Positions 32,313-42,715 of a DNA stretch of 64,000 nt are shown here, piece by piece. Source of the stretch: an uncultured Gammaproteobacteria bacterium (GTDB lineage Bacteria; Pseudomonadota; Gammaproteobacteria; UBA9214); the NCBI GenBank assembly GCA_963712695.1, contig CAVQJD010000023.1:47832-111831 (forward strand), written 5' to 3'. The translations under genes and the position numbers were made by a program. The notes under the pieces are model-generated. The model worked only from the letters and a program-made list of their open reading frames with translations, was not told where the DNA came from and searched no databases. The first letter of the stretch is position 1. Every line of letters starts with the position of its first letter.

Positions 32313-32764
32313 CAGCTGATCACGAACAGGGACTGCCCGTATTCGACCGGCTGACCGTTCTCGACCAGCTTCGCGGAAATCGGTGCCGGCCTTGTCGGCC
32401 TCGATCTGGTTGAGCATCTTCATCGCTTCGATGATGCACAGCGTGTCGCCGACATTCACCTGCCTGGCCGATCTCGACAAACGGCTTCGCGCCCGGGGAC
32501 GAGCGACTCGTAGAAGGTGCCGACCATGGGCGAGGTGACGGTGTGCCCGGCCGGTATAGCCGGCTCAGCGGGCGCTCAGCGCGGCAACCACAGGCGCGGC
32601 TGCCGACGCCGTCACATGCCGGCGGCGGGTGTACAGCCGGTGGCGCCAGGCGGCCATCCGGCCGGCTGATGCGCACCGATTCCTCACCCTCGTGAATCTC
32701 GATTTCGGCGACGCTGCGATTCTTCCAGCAGTTCAATGAGTTTCTTGACTTTGCGTATGTCCAT
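32312..32764 (-). pseudogene. accB: biotin carboxyl carrier protein AccB, about 5 frameshifts as assembled
   Basis: [83 protein letters not shown] and [21 protein letters not shown] lie in alternating frames. The TGATG stop/start overlap with accC is preserved. Confidence 0.8.
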
Positions 32765-32781
32765 GACAAACCCCGTCTGGT

Positions 32782-32997
32782 GTAGGGTGCGCTCTGCGCA
32801 CCGTGTGCTGTGTATGCTCTGTAACCTTTATCCCCCTCTCTCTCCGGGGCGCCGACAGGGAGGTCGGTTGTAGCGCAACCCAGGGAGCAGTTGCCGAGAG
32901 GGCCGGGGAGAGGGAACAATAACCTATTTAATAATCTGAAATTTTTTGATACCCGCTTGCCTGTTTTTCCACGTTCTTGCGCGGTTTCCGTGGCCAC
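32782..32997. repeat. repeat locus 7 (accB | aroQ)
   Basis: P-type palindrome GTAGGGTGCGCTCTGCGCACC (32782-32802). Long imperfect hairpin CCCTCTCTCTCCGGGGC...GCCGGGGAGAGGG (32832-32914). Degenerate B' box (32961-32997) that reaches the aroQ stop. Confidence 0.85.
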
Positions 32998-33441
32998 TAT
33001 TGCTTTTCCAGATACCGCACCGCCGCCTGCAACGCCAGCTCATACCCGATCGGCCCCAGCCCCGAAATCACCCCGACCGCAATGTCCGAGAAAAATGACT
33101 GCTTGCGAAAGGCCTCACGGGCATGAATATTCGAGAGGTGGACCTCGATGAACGGGATACCAACCGCCTGCAGGGCATCGCGCAGGCCGACACTGGTATG
33201 GGTCAGCGCGGCCGGATTAATAATAATGAAGTTAATGCCTTGTGATGGCGCCGCCTGGACGCGTGCCGATCAGTTCGTGCTCGGCGTTGCTCTGGAAACT
33301 GGTCAGTTCGACACCAGCCGTTTTCACCTGCGCCTGCAGACCGTCGAGGATCTCGTCCAGGGTGGTGGTACCATAGTGCTCCGGCTCGCGTGTGCCCAGG
33401 AGGTTCAGGTTGGGGCCGTTGAGAATAAGGATGCTGGACAT
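32997..33441 (-). pseudogene. aroQ: type II 3-dehydroquinate dehydratase AroQ, one frameshift as assembled
   Basis: [24 protein letters not shown]...SNAEHELI in one frame. The rest, [23 protein letters not shown]...[12 protein letters not shown]...YLEKQ, is in another. The break lies near 33255. Confidence 0.8.
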
Positions 33442-34179
33442 CGTCTAATTCATGCAGTTTTCGTAGCTCAGGTGTATTTCGATGCATTTAAGGCAATATA
33501 CATATCATTTAACGAAACACGAGCAGTATTATCCATCTTCTGCATTAATTGTCCAGTTCCCCGTATTTAGCATCAATTTCATTCACGTTTAATGCAATAG
33601 TCCTAACGGTTTCATTCATATAAGCTCCAGTCAAGATGCAGGATAGATTTCAGCAATCTCTAACAAATTGTGGTTACTACAAGTAGTGGTTATGCCGCCT
33701 CTACCACACTCTGCCACGGGGCATTACCTCTCGACGCCTTATGGGGCCGCCCGGCATTCTCTTACACGAAATCCATTTTCTATTGCCGTTTGCTGAATGG
33801 ACTCAATGGACACGCGACAGGCACAGATACCGATCGAGCCACTCTCACCATAAAGTTTGGATGAACGGCTCCAGGTATGTGTTCTCTTACAACTTGCCAG
33901 GTTAATGTGACGCAACTGGATGTCCAGTTTGTCGTCCATCTTGATAGGACTGCTACTGTTTTATGTTTTATGGGTCGTAGCTACAGAGATAGATTAGACT
34001 TCCCGCATCATTCCATGATGCGTTCTGCAGTCAGGATGTCACGAGCTGTGGATGTCGAAAATCCACATCAATATCCAAATTTTCCCGATCGCAGAAATAA
34101 ATTTTGTTCAGGTTTCAACAGTGTTTAACCGATGGGAGAATTACCGCAATAGCCAGGTTGCGGAAGGGGAATCGCCACT

Positions 34180-35977
34180 ATGGCAGTGAATTCATCTGCG
34201 CGTAGCAAGAAAAAGATAACGGCGTTTGTGCGCGCCGGTAAATGGCGGGAGGCAAGAGACGAATGCCGCAAGATGACGAAGGCGAACCCGCTCGACCCTG
34301 AAGCCTGGTTCATGCTGGGAGCTGGTCAGCGAGCAATTGGGTCGGCTCGAAGAAGTCATTTCAAGCTATCAAACAGTACTGAAACTGAGCGCAGGACGCC
34401 ACGCCGAAACACACTACAACCTTGGAGTGACTTATCAGAAGCTGGGTCGACTGGAAGAGGCTATAGCCAGTTATAAAGAGGCGCTTCGGATTAATCCGTC
34501 ATTTAGGAGCGGCATACAACAACGCCGGCATGGCATTGGAGGCACTGGGCAGACCAGTTGAGGCCCTTGCCTATTATATCGAATGAGGCTCGCCGTTTGC
34601 GCCCGGAACTCTCAGAGCCAAAGTCGGTATATCACGGATCATCAACAAAGCTGAAAACAGGTACTGGCGCCGAAGAAGTTTTGATGGAGACATTGCGAAG
34701 TAACCGCGGCGATACGAACAGTCATTGCCATCTTGGCGAGCTATATTGGTCGCAAAGCCGCTGGAAGGAAGCCGAAGACCACTATCGTCAGGCGCTGGAG
34801 CAAGATCAAACCCTTGTGGATGCGTGGATCGGCCTGGGAAATGTACTCCAGGATCAAGGACAGTACGACGAATCCGGGTCCTGTTATGAACACGCACTGG
34901 AACTGGCACCAGACAATAGCGGCGCACACTACAATCAGGGTGCACTGGATCTACGACAGATGAGACTCAGTGGAGCACTGTCACGGTTTGATCGCGCCAT
35001 CAGCTATCAGCCGGAATTTGTCGAGGCCCATTGGCACAAGTCCTTCGTCTGCTTGCTAACTGGAGACTATACGCAGGGCTGGCAGGAATATGAATGGCGA
35101 CATCGACGGAAAGACTGTATCAGGCGGTCTTTTACTCAACCTACCTGGGATGGTTCAGCCCTTGATGGCCGCACCATCCTTGTACACGATGAACAAGGGT
35201 TCGGCGATACGTTCCAGTTTGTGAGGTATCTTCGACGCGTCAAAGCACAAGCAGGGCACGTGATCTTCGAATGCCACCGCGGACTCCGTGAGGTGTTGAG
35301 TGGTTGTGACGGGTTATGACCAGATAATAGAACGCGTTTCATATCGGGATATACCCCAAGTCGCGTTCGATGTTCAGGTACACCTGATGAGCCTTCCGGG
35401 CATTCTGGGCACTGATCTGAACAATATTCCCTGCGAGGTACCCTATATCAGACCCGACCCAGTGCGAGTAGAGAAATGGCGGGATCGCCTGGCCGCTGAT
35501 GCGGGATTCAAGGTGGGTATTGCGTGGGCCGGAAGCCCGAAACACACCAATGAGGTAAGCCGCTCCTGCAAGCTGGAGCAGTTCGCACAATTGGGGCGGA
35601 TTCCAGGAGTGCATCTATACAGCCTGCAGAAAGGAGATGGCGCCAGGCAGGCCGAGTCATTACCCTCCGGGATGAATCTGGTTCGACTGGACAAGGAGCT
35701 GGACAACGAAGCGCCTTTCGTGGACACGGCAGCCGTGATGGCAAATCTGGATCTGATTCTGACAATTGACACCTCTATTGCACACCTGGCGGGCGCCCTC
35801 GGACAGCCAGTCTGGACCTTATTATGTACCATGCCTGACTGGCGCTGGTTGCTGGATCGGCCAGATTCCCCCTGGTATCCGGGGATGCGCCTGTTCCGCC
35901 AACGCGAGGCCGGTGATTGGCAGCCGGTCTTCGAATCGGTCGCGAAAACTCTTAACGGTGTGGTTAGAGATTTATAA
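34180..35977 (+). pseudogene. TPR-repeat / GT9-like glycosyltransferase, degraded paralog of 44230..46221 (4 or more frameshifts)
   Basis: Track ORFs 34180, 34337, 34558 and 35300 join into one protein collinear with the 663-aa paralog. Shared blocks include HWHKSFVCLLTGDYTQGWQEYEWR, ILVHDEQGFGDTFQFVRY, WAGSPKHTNE, DTSIAHLAGALGQPVWTLL and PWYPGMRLFRQ. Confidence 0.75.
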
Positions 35978-36069
35978 TAAGTACAGGTCTACGAAAGCAA
36001 TAATTGCGATAGGAATGTCGGTTGCACGGCACCCCTTGATCAGGTTCCAGCATCCGACACTAAATTGAT

Positions 36070-37038
36070 TCAGCCGAGCGCCAGCTCAATGTCTCGCAGA
36101 TTCTCCTTTGCGATGCTGCTATTCTTCAACTTCGATTTGTCTATGTTCAGTGATTTGGCTTTCTTTTTGATTATATCAAGCACTTCCGGCAACACCTTTG
36201 CTATCGGCATTCGGCTTCTGCGCATCGTACGGAAATCCTCCAGGTCGAGGGATATGCCGACAAGATCTCGCAAGTGATCAGCTATATGTTTCCGGTATTT
36301 TCTATCTTCTATGTGCTCGTGGTTGATAATCAGATCGGCATATTTCAAGTTGTATAGTAGGGATAGCGCCCAGAAAAAAAACAGCACGCTTCTGTACAGC
36401 TCAAATTGTCGCCTGGATGCGAATCGGGGAATGCCTCTGGCATCTCTCGCCAGTGCGGCTGGCTGCTCCCTGTTCAGAAAGTCATAGAGTTCGGTAAAGA
36501 ACCTGTTCGTTCTGTTGTATTTTATTATCTGAAATAGTGGGCTCAATCCATTCAGCAATACGGTTGATTCGAACTGTTCGTCGAAGCGCCGCAGGATATA
36601 CAGATTGACCGCATCGAATTGAGTAGCGAATGCTGCGGTTCTGAAAGAGGCTCGAACCATTTTGAATACCGGGATCCTCTTTTTGACCTGTGCATGAGCG
36701 ATCAGTCTGGCAAGATAATCCTGTAGGCTCTGCCCATTGCTGTCATTTTCCAGAAAATATTCGTTGTAGACGGAGAAGTTCCGGTGAAAAGTGCGGAACC
36801 AGTCCTCGTCAAACGGGTACTCAGCGAAATAGGATTTATCGATGTTGGTATGCCGCAGCGCCTTGGTGATGCCCGTATCGAATTCCCGCAGGAAATCCGA
36901 TGCGCTCTTGATAGCCAGATCCTCGTGGAAAGGCTCGTAGTAACAATAACACTCCTCTTTATGTCGGTACTTACCCCACCAGTAGGTGCCGCCGGACCTC
37001 CACATGGAGTTGATGAAAATAGCGCTCGTTGACGACAT
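36070..37038 (-). CDS. hypothetical protein; weak sulfotransferase-like N-terminal motif
   Basis: 322-aa ORF in the AT-rich island. The segment IFINSMWRSGGTYWW resembles a PAPS 5'-phosphosulfate-binding loop (strand followed by xRSGxT). Nothing else was recognised. Confidence 0.55.
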   Translation of the reverse strand: MSSTSAIFINSMWRSGGTYWWGKYRHKEECYCYYEPFHEDLAIKSASDFLREFDTGITKALRHTNIDKSYFAEYPFDEDWFRTFHRNFSVYNEYFLENDSNGQSLQDYLARLIAHAQVKKRIPVFKMVRASFRTAAFATQFDAVNLYILRRFDEQFESTVLLNGLSPLFQIIKYNRTNRFFTELYDFLNREQPAALARDARGIPRFASRRQFELYRSVLFFFWALSLLYNLKYADLIINHEHIEDRKYRKHIADHLRDLVGISLDLEDFRTMRRSRMPIAKVLPEVLDIIKKKAKSLNIDKSKLKNSSIAKENLRDIELALG

Positions 37039-37530
37039 CTAGTTAGGCCTCTCAAGAAAACAAACCATCACCGCTGTGCTTGGGTTGTTGTGTGTGGCGC
37101 GCCCCCATCACGGCAGCGCGCCACACGTATTATGAGTCATTGCCCTACATCATACTTCAACCAGTCCACTGCGCCACATCGATGCCCGGATCTGACAGGT
37201 CGAACCAGTGCCGCGTGAAGTAGATCTGTAACATCCACTCAAGCCCTGGGGCGGTAACCCGGACCGGTCGGATTGGGATAATTGGGCTCCAGCGTCTGCG
37301 TCAGTTATTTCTGGGAAGCGATTTGCGCCATCTCCTCCAGAAACTGCTCCTTATGGGTCTTCTTGGTAAATTTCTCGAATCCGGTCAAGCTGCTTTGGCA
37401 CATGCTTTTTACACTAATTAACAAACAATGAAAGCGGGCACAAGGAATTAGCAGGCGACAGACAGGGCATCCGAAAGAGCACGATTGATATAACTCCCAC
37501 ATTACACAAAAAAACTTTATTTTGAGGCAT

Positions 37531-37565
37531 AAAAAAACCGGGTAGGAAACCCCACCCGGCTTTTT
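37531..37565 (-). terminator. rho-independent (bidirectional) terminator after the 198-aa sorted protein
   Basis: A7, then CCGGGTAGG, AAA, CCCACCCGG, then T5. On the minus strand this is a stem followed by a U7 run, about 50 nt past the stop at 37613. Confidence 0.7.
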
Positions 37566-37612
37566 CTGTGCATTAGCTGACTTTAACTTAATGCAAGCTC
37601 GGCATAATTAGA

Positions 37613-38209
37613 TTATGCCTGCGCTTTCCTACGACGGCGAGCCACTCCTACTAGGCCCACCAGTCCGGAGCCCATCAACCAGGCAGCTGCCGGAACCGGT
37701 ACTACGGAATAGGTACCCGACACATTATAGGTACCAATCTGATTGTTAAAGGGGCCACCTACAATCAGGGAGGTCCAGTTGATGCTGAAGGTGGAGCCGT
37801 TACCGGTACCCGTAAACGCACCGCCCTGAGCAAAGTCAGTGCCGTTCCAGTTGTCAGTGATGTTAATCGTACCACTCATGACACCACCGGTTTCATCGCC
37901 TGAAGAAGCTGCGGTGGTGAAACTGTTAACAAACGTGCCGCCGCCATTGAAATCCCAAGCTATCGGCGAGCTGGCGGCTGCTGTAAATTGTGCAACGGTG
38001 GTATCGAAACCAGCCGGGATTGCACCAGCGATCAGGTTGGCACCGCTAAAACTGGTTATAGTATTAGCTACTGGCGTAAACACGCCCATCTGGAACGTGC
38101 CACTGGTGATAACCAGTGAGGTCAGTGATGCCGCCTGTATAGAGGTAGCGGCAACACTAAGGCCCATTGCAGTGCCTACAATTGCTGCTATTGCTTTTTT
38201 ATTCATCAT
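37613..38209 (-). CDS. secreted protein with PEP-CTERM-class (VPxPA variant) C-terminal sorting tail
   Basis: Signal peptide (MMNKKAIAAIVGTAMGLSVAATSIQA). The tail is VPVPAAAWLMGSGLVGLVGVARRRRK, i.e. motif + TM + Arg cluster. The N-domain is homologous to 50085..51356. Confidence 0.85.
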   Translation of the reverse strand: MMNKKAIAAIVGTAMGLSVAATSIQAASLTSLVITSGTFQMGVFTPVANTITSFSGANLIAGAIPAGFDTTVAQFTAAASSPIAWDFNGGGTFVNSFTTAASSGDETGGVMSGTINITDNWNGTDFAQGGAFTGTGNGSTFSINWTSLIVGGPFNNQIGTYNVSGTYSVVPVPAAAWLMGSGLVGLVGVARRRRKAQA

Positions 38210-38675
38210 GTTTTACTCCTCAAGATCCGGATTAAAAGTAATCATTAACTACTATGCATGCACCTGCTTCCTTGCACAGACCCTAAACAAACAGTTGGCC
38301 TACAAGAATGCAGTGCCCAACAAACGTGCAAATAGCAAGCCAATTCTGATATTTCCATATATTACAGACTGATATACTACTCACAACATGCTCAGCGTCT
38401 GTTACCACGATCACATTGTAAGCAATTTCGACGAGTTTCTTGATATTGTTCCTGAGTCTAGGCCTGATTCATAAGTAAAAACAGATAGTTATGAATAATA
38501 TTTTGCGATGTTAAGCAAACCGACAAAGGGAATGCGTCAGGATCAAGACAAACTCCTTGTAATATAAGAAGAAAATAATCAGTAAGCAGGTCTTACGGCA
38601 TTGTTTATCCTTTGGATGGAACCCAGCCTGTTCAAGTTCGTACCCACTTGTGTGCATACCACAGGCGCATTTTCC

Positions 38676-39004
38676 TCATTCAAGGGGCTCAACAGGGTTG
38701 TCAGCATTTCCCAAGACATCACCCAGCTCCGCCAGTAATGGTTCTAGAAAGGTTTGATAATTTTTCCAGCGATACATGGAAGTCTTATAGATCGCCCTGC
38801 GCACCTGATCATGGCTGGCGGTCATCACCATGCGCGGGTTGTCCTGAAATTTCAGGCATTGTTCATCCCATGGCAGGCCACAAAATTCCACCAACCTGCG
38901 GCTCACGATCTCATGACTTTTAACCAAGTCTTCGTAGTGACCGTCCAGAACAGGGTAATGTAGAACTCTCTGCCAGTACTCCATCAATTGCCAATAAATA
39001 TTAT
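38676..39004 (-). pseudogene. C-terminal fragment of a sulfotransferase, cut by ISL3
   Basis: IYWQLMEYWQRVLHYPVLDGHYEDLV...CGLPWDEQCLKF...RWKNYQTFLEPL aligns with the last ~100 aa of the 41045..42715 protein. The reading frame stays open right up to the IS end at 39005. Confidence 0.7.
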
Positions 39005-40391
39005 GGGTCTACGCGGATTCGTGTGGGTCATTTTTGGTGAATTTCGGCAGTGGTGGCAAGAAGGCGGCGATGATTTTCAGCTTCAGGTACTCCTCATCGC
39101 GGTAGCCGTAGGCCCGCCGCTGCAGGACACGGATCTTGTTGTTGAGGCCTTCGACCAAACCGAGGCTGACCTTGTTGTCGGGATCACAGTAGGAAGCGAT
39201 ACCATCCCAATGGCGTTCGATCATGCGAGCAAACTTGCGGTAGGGTTCCAGCCGCTGCCACTTCAGGGCGTCCTGCCAACGCTCGAAGAAGGCCCGCGCG
39301 CCGCGTTCGGTGCGGTAGTCCCAGAGTTGCCCGAAGGACTCCTTGAGCAGGTAGGCGGTGTTGAGCCGCTGGTTGGCGGCGAGCAGTTTCTTGAGGGCGT
39401 GGCGGCCATCCAGGGAGAGGTTCTCGCGGCTGGAGAGCAACATATAGCGCTTGCCCTTGATGTAGCTGCGGTCCTTGCCAGCGAGGCGCCGGTACTCGCT
39501 TCTGCGCACCTCGTCGAGGGCATCGGCGAGGTGGCGCATGACGTGGAACTTGTCGAAGACGATACGGGCATCGGGGATGTTGCGGGTGACGGAGTTGCGG
39601 AACGGCTTCCACATGTCCATCACGGCCAGTTCGATGCGGGCGGTCTTTTTCGGCCCCAAATCAGCGAAAAAGCGATCGAGGTCGGCCTCCTTGCGGCCCT
39701 CGCCGCCGACCCAGATGGGACGGCCCCGCTCCAGGTCGCTGACGATGACCCGGTAGTTGTGGCCCTTGCGGATGGAGATCTCGTCGATGCCGATGGCCCG
39801 CGGGGCGGGCAGGCCGGCGCGCTCCACCTGCTGTTGCATGTAGAGCTTGTCGAGATCCTTCACCGTGCTGTGGTGCAGGCGCTCCATCTCGGCGACCGCC
39901 TTGTTCGGCATGTCGCGGCACAGCTTGCCCACATGCAGGGCAAAGCGCTGGGTGTAGCGCGGGTTCTTTGCCAGCCAGTCGAGGTGCTCTACATGCACGC
40001 CACCGCACCTCGGACAGTTGACGCGCCAGCGCTCGAACTCCAGGTAGATCCGCCAGTCGGCCACCGAGAGGTCGCGCACCGCGGCAGATGCGCTTGTCGT
40101 AACGGCCTCGGCAGCGGTGACCGCAGCATGGAACATACGGCCGTTTTTTTCGCCGCTTGAGGGTGACGACGCGGGCGTAGCGGTCACCGAATACGCCCCT
40201 GAGCGCCGGAGCTGGCCGTAAAGCCAGGCAGCGAAAACAGCGCGCGCAATGTGCGGGGATCGTTCATTCATGTACCCTGCGAGTAAATGAAACCACTTTT
40301 ACACCTGCCCAGAGGGCCGGAAAGCACTGGAATTATAGTGGGTTCTGCATGCAAACCACGGTTTTTGACCCACAGGATTCCGTGTTGACCC
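39005..40391 (-). mobile_element. ISL3-family insertion sequence
   Basis: Imperfect terminal inverted repeats, GGGTCTACGCGGATTCGTGTGGGTCA (39005-39030) against the reverse complement of 40366-40391 (GGGTCAACACGGAATCCTGTGGGTCA). A single transposase ORF. G+C is much higher than the flanking island. Confidence 0.85.
39009..40271 (-). CDS. ISL3 family transposase
   Basis: 420 aa with a zinc-finger-like CPRCGG and a DDE domain. Typical ISL3 blocks (IGIDEISIRKGHNYRVIVSDL, VMDMWKPF, FDKFHVMRHL, EGLNNKIRVLQRRAYGYRD). Confidence 0.9.
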   Translation of the reverse strand: MNERSPHIARAVFAAWLYGQLRRSGAYSVTATPASSPSSGEKNGRMFHAAVTAAEAVTTSASAAVRDLSVADWRIYLEFERWRVNCPRCGGVHVEHLDWLAKNPRYTQRFALHVGKLCRDMPNKAVAEMERLHHSTVKDLDKLYMQQQVERAGLPAPRAIGIDEISIRKGHNYRVIVSDLERGRPIWVGGEGRKEADLDRFFADLGPKKTARIELAVMDMWKPFRNSVTRNIPDARIVFDKFHVMRHLADALDEVRRSEYRRLAGKDRSYIKGKRYMLLSSRENLSLDGRHALKKLLAANQRLNTAYLLKESFGQLWDYRTERGARAFFERWQDALKWQRLEPYRKFARMIERHWDGIASYCDPDNKVSLGLVEGLNNKIRVLQRRAYGYRDEEYLKLKIIAAFLPPLPKFTKNDPHESA

Positions 40392-41032
40392 AGATATTTT
40401 ATCTGGTTCATCTTGAACATAAGGTTCAAGCACTTCAAAGGCTTCCGTATATTGTTTGTTTTATATATATCCGCCATTCTCGAAACCGCACTGACTAACC
40501 CGGGATTTAGGCGCAGCGCATGCTGGTAGTGTTTCAAAGCGCTGTCCAGGTTACCCGTTTCCTGATATGCCTCTGCCAGACTATGATGGATATCTGAATC
40601 ATGCGGTGCCAATCGGACCGCCTGCTGATAGTTTGCGATCGCATCATCGATATTTCCCAGATCCTGTAACACGCCACCTCGATTAAAATGTGCCACAGCA
40701 TAATCCGGATTTATCCGGACCGCCTTGTCAGATTCGGACAATGCCTCCCTGAACTTGCCCTGCGCCCTCAACGCAGAACCCAGGTTATTCCGGGCCTGAT
40801 GATTTCCGGGTGAAAGCTTGATTACACGGCGCATACATTGCTCTGCCTCAGGATAGAGGCAAAGCATGCTATTGGCAGCACCCAGCATAGACCAGGCTTC
40901 TGCATCCTTCTTAACCCTTGAACACACCCCAGTTAAGACCTTCCTTGCGTTATCAGCGCGATTACCCTGTAATAATCTGGCAGCATGTTGCTTCTGTTCA
41001 TGAATAGAATGTTTACCTGCATTCATATACAA
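40392..41032 (-). pseudogene. N-terminal TPR fragment of a TPR-sulfotransferase paralog, truncated by ISL3
   Basis: ORF 40268..41032. TPR repeats run up to ...MNQIKYL, then read into the IS terminal repeat. The PAPS-binding core seen in the intact paralog is absent. Confidence 0.65.
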
Positions 41033-41044
41033 ACCATCCAGCAG

Positions 41045-42715
41045 CTAGATATTGGATTCAAGCCCCTTGTACAGCGGCCCCAGAAACTCCTCGTAATTCT
41101 GCCAGCGAGCCAGGGACTCTTTATAAATGGGTTTTGTTACCTGATCAAAGCTTGATGTTACAACGGCACGTTTTGAGTCGTAGTATCGCAATACCGACGC
41201 ACTCCATTCCAGACCACAATACTCTATGAGTTGCCGGCTGGCCTGCTCGGGGTTGGCAACCAATCGTTCGTAGGGCACATCCAAGATTTGAAGGTTGAGC
41301 ACATTGCGCCAGTGTCGCATCAGTTTTTCATACTGCCGGTAATACATTCCCAGATTATGCAGATCACTGGAATAGGGATGCTGACCTGCGAAATTCTGAA
41401 AATAACACGAAAGGCAGGTATCCCGAGGGTCGCGTATACAGTGAATTATTTTAGCGCCTGGAAACATCAACTGAATCAGGCCAAGATGCAAGTAGTTACC
41501 CGGCATCTTGTCTGTGATCACCTGGTACTTGTCACTGCCTGCACGCTTGTTTACTGCCTTGAAATAATTTTTAGCTGCCGTATCAAGCACTGGCCGCGAT
41601 ACATCCTCCAAGCAGAAGGGGTATGTCATTGCGCTTTTTGTTAGAGTCGGCAAGTGTACAGCAAGATCGTTGATTTCCTGTAATTCACCAGCCGCATAAA
41701 CTGCAGGATGACTACCGATAATCTGCTCCACCAGGCTCGTCCCGGAGCGCGGCATACCGACGATAAATACGAGTAGCTGCCCCTTGTTTCGTTTGCGCGC
41801 AACTTGTGCGCCTGCCAGATAATCAGCGCTCCAGAAGGCGATATGCCTGTTTAGTTGTTCATTTGCAGCCCATGGGTCAAATGAGTCAGCACCAAGCTCG
41901 TTAGCTTGCTTATAATATTCAAACGCAGATTGGTAATTTTTCAATGCGTCATGCAACTTGCCTAGTGCAAACAGGAGTCGACGTTTTTCATCTAGAGGTG
42001 GCGAAGTCGCATCAAGTAGCTTCTGCAGACAAACTATCGCCTCCTCGCGCTGGCCAATAGCACCACTGATATCTGCGTACAAGGTGGCAATACTGATATT
42101 CTTACTTCCCTGTTCCAGGAAAGGCTGTATAAGCGTGTAAGCCAAGTGCGGATCATTGCTACGTGCGGCTATTGCCGCAAGCCCTGCTGTTGCATTAGGG
42201 TCCATCGGCTTTAACCTGACCGCTTTTCGATAGGAAGCTCTGGCCTGCTCGATTTTACCCAGGGCGAGGTGAATGTCCCCCAGGCGAATGTTTACTTCTA
42301 CATTATCTGGCTGGATTTTCGCGGCAAGTTTGTAGTGCCGCACTGCTTCCAGATGCTGCCCCAGTGCAAAACATACAGCACCCAGCCTCACCCGTGATTC
42401 TATATGATCAGGGTCGATTCGCAGCGCAGCTTCCAGACTGTACTTCGCACTGTCTACCCGTCCGAGCGAGCCGAGCGCCATGGCGTGACAGAAGTAAATG
42501 GCTGGAACATCCTTTCTCAGGGCAAGTGCTCGCTCACAACAGGCCGCTGCCTCGGCAAATTCCCCGAGATAGAGCAATGCATTAGCCAATAAAAAAAAGG
42601 CTTCGCTATCTTCACAAGCGACTGTACATATCTGTTGCAACAATTCCCTCGATTCTAGAATCCTTCCTTGCTGTAAAAGCATCCTGGCGTTGTTTTTCTG
42701 GGCAAGATTATCCAC
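41045..42715 (-). CDS. TPR-repeat sulfotransferase
   Basis: About 300 aa of TPR repeats, then a sulfotransferase domain with a 5'-PSB loop (FIVGMPRSGTSLVEQ) and a 3'-PB-like block (IHCIRDPRDTCLSCY). Confidence 0.85.
   Translation of the reverse strand: MDNLAQKNNARMLLQQGRILESRELLQQICTVACEDSEAFFLLANALLYLGEFAEAAACCERALALRKDVPAIYFCHAMALGSLGRVDSAKYSLEAALRIDPDHIESRVRLGAVCFALGQHLEAVRHYKLAAKIQPDNVEVNIRLGDIHLALGKIEQARASYRKAVRLKPMDPNATAGLAAIAARSNDPHLAYTLIQPFLEQGSKNISIATLYADISGAIGQREEAIVCLQKLLDATSPPLDEKRRLLFALGKLHDALKNYQSAFEYYKQANELGADSFDPWAANEQLNRHIAFWSADYLAGAQVARKRNKGQLLVFIVGMPRSGTSLVEQIIGSHPAVYAAGELQEINDLAVHLPTLTKSAMTYPFCLEDVSRPVLDTAAKNYFKAVNKRAGSDKYQVITDKMPGNYLHLGLIQLMFPGAKIIHCIRDPRDTCLSCYFQNFAGQHPYSSDLHNLGMYYRQYEKLMRHWRNVLNLQILDVPYERLVANPEQASRQLIEYCGLEWSASVLRYYDSKRAVVTSSFDQVTKPIYKESLARWQNYEEFLGPLYKGLESNI

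Noticed and set aside
33600-33939. Cys-containing minus-strand ORF 33739..33939 (…CKRTHTW…GSIGICACRVSIESIQQ…) and a following CPVAECGRGG segment in another frame. This could be a radical-SAM/SPASM-type remnant at the island border.
   Set aside because: The motif resemblance is weak, the frames are broken, and the region borders the indel-dense segment. It cannot be supported without a database search (BLASTX of 33450-34150 would decide).
38210-38420. Sigma54 (-24/-12) promoter upstream of the PEP-CTERM-class gene, as might be expected for exosortase-system cargo.
   Set aside because: The closest GG-N10-GC candidates (for example TTGGCCTACAAGAATGCA at about 38294) have the wrong spacing by one nt and/or lie on the wrong strand.
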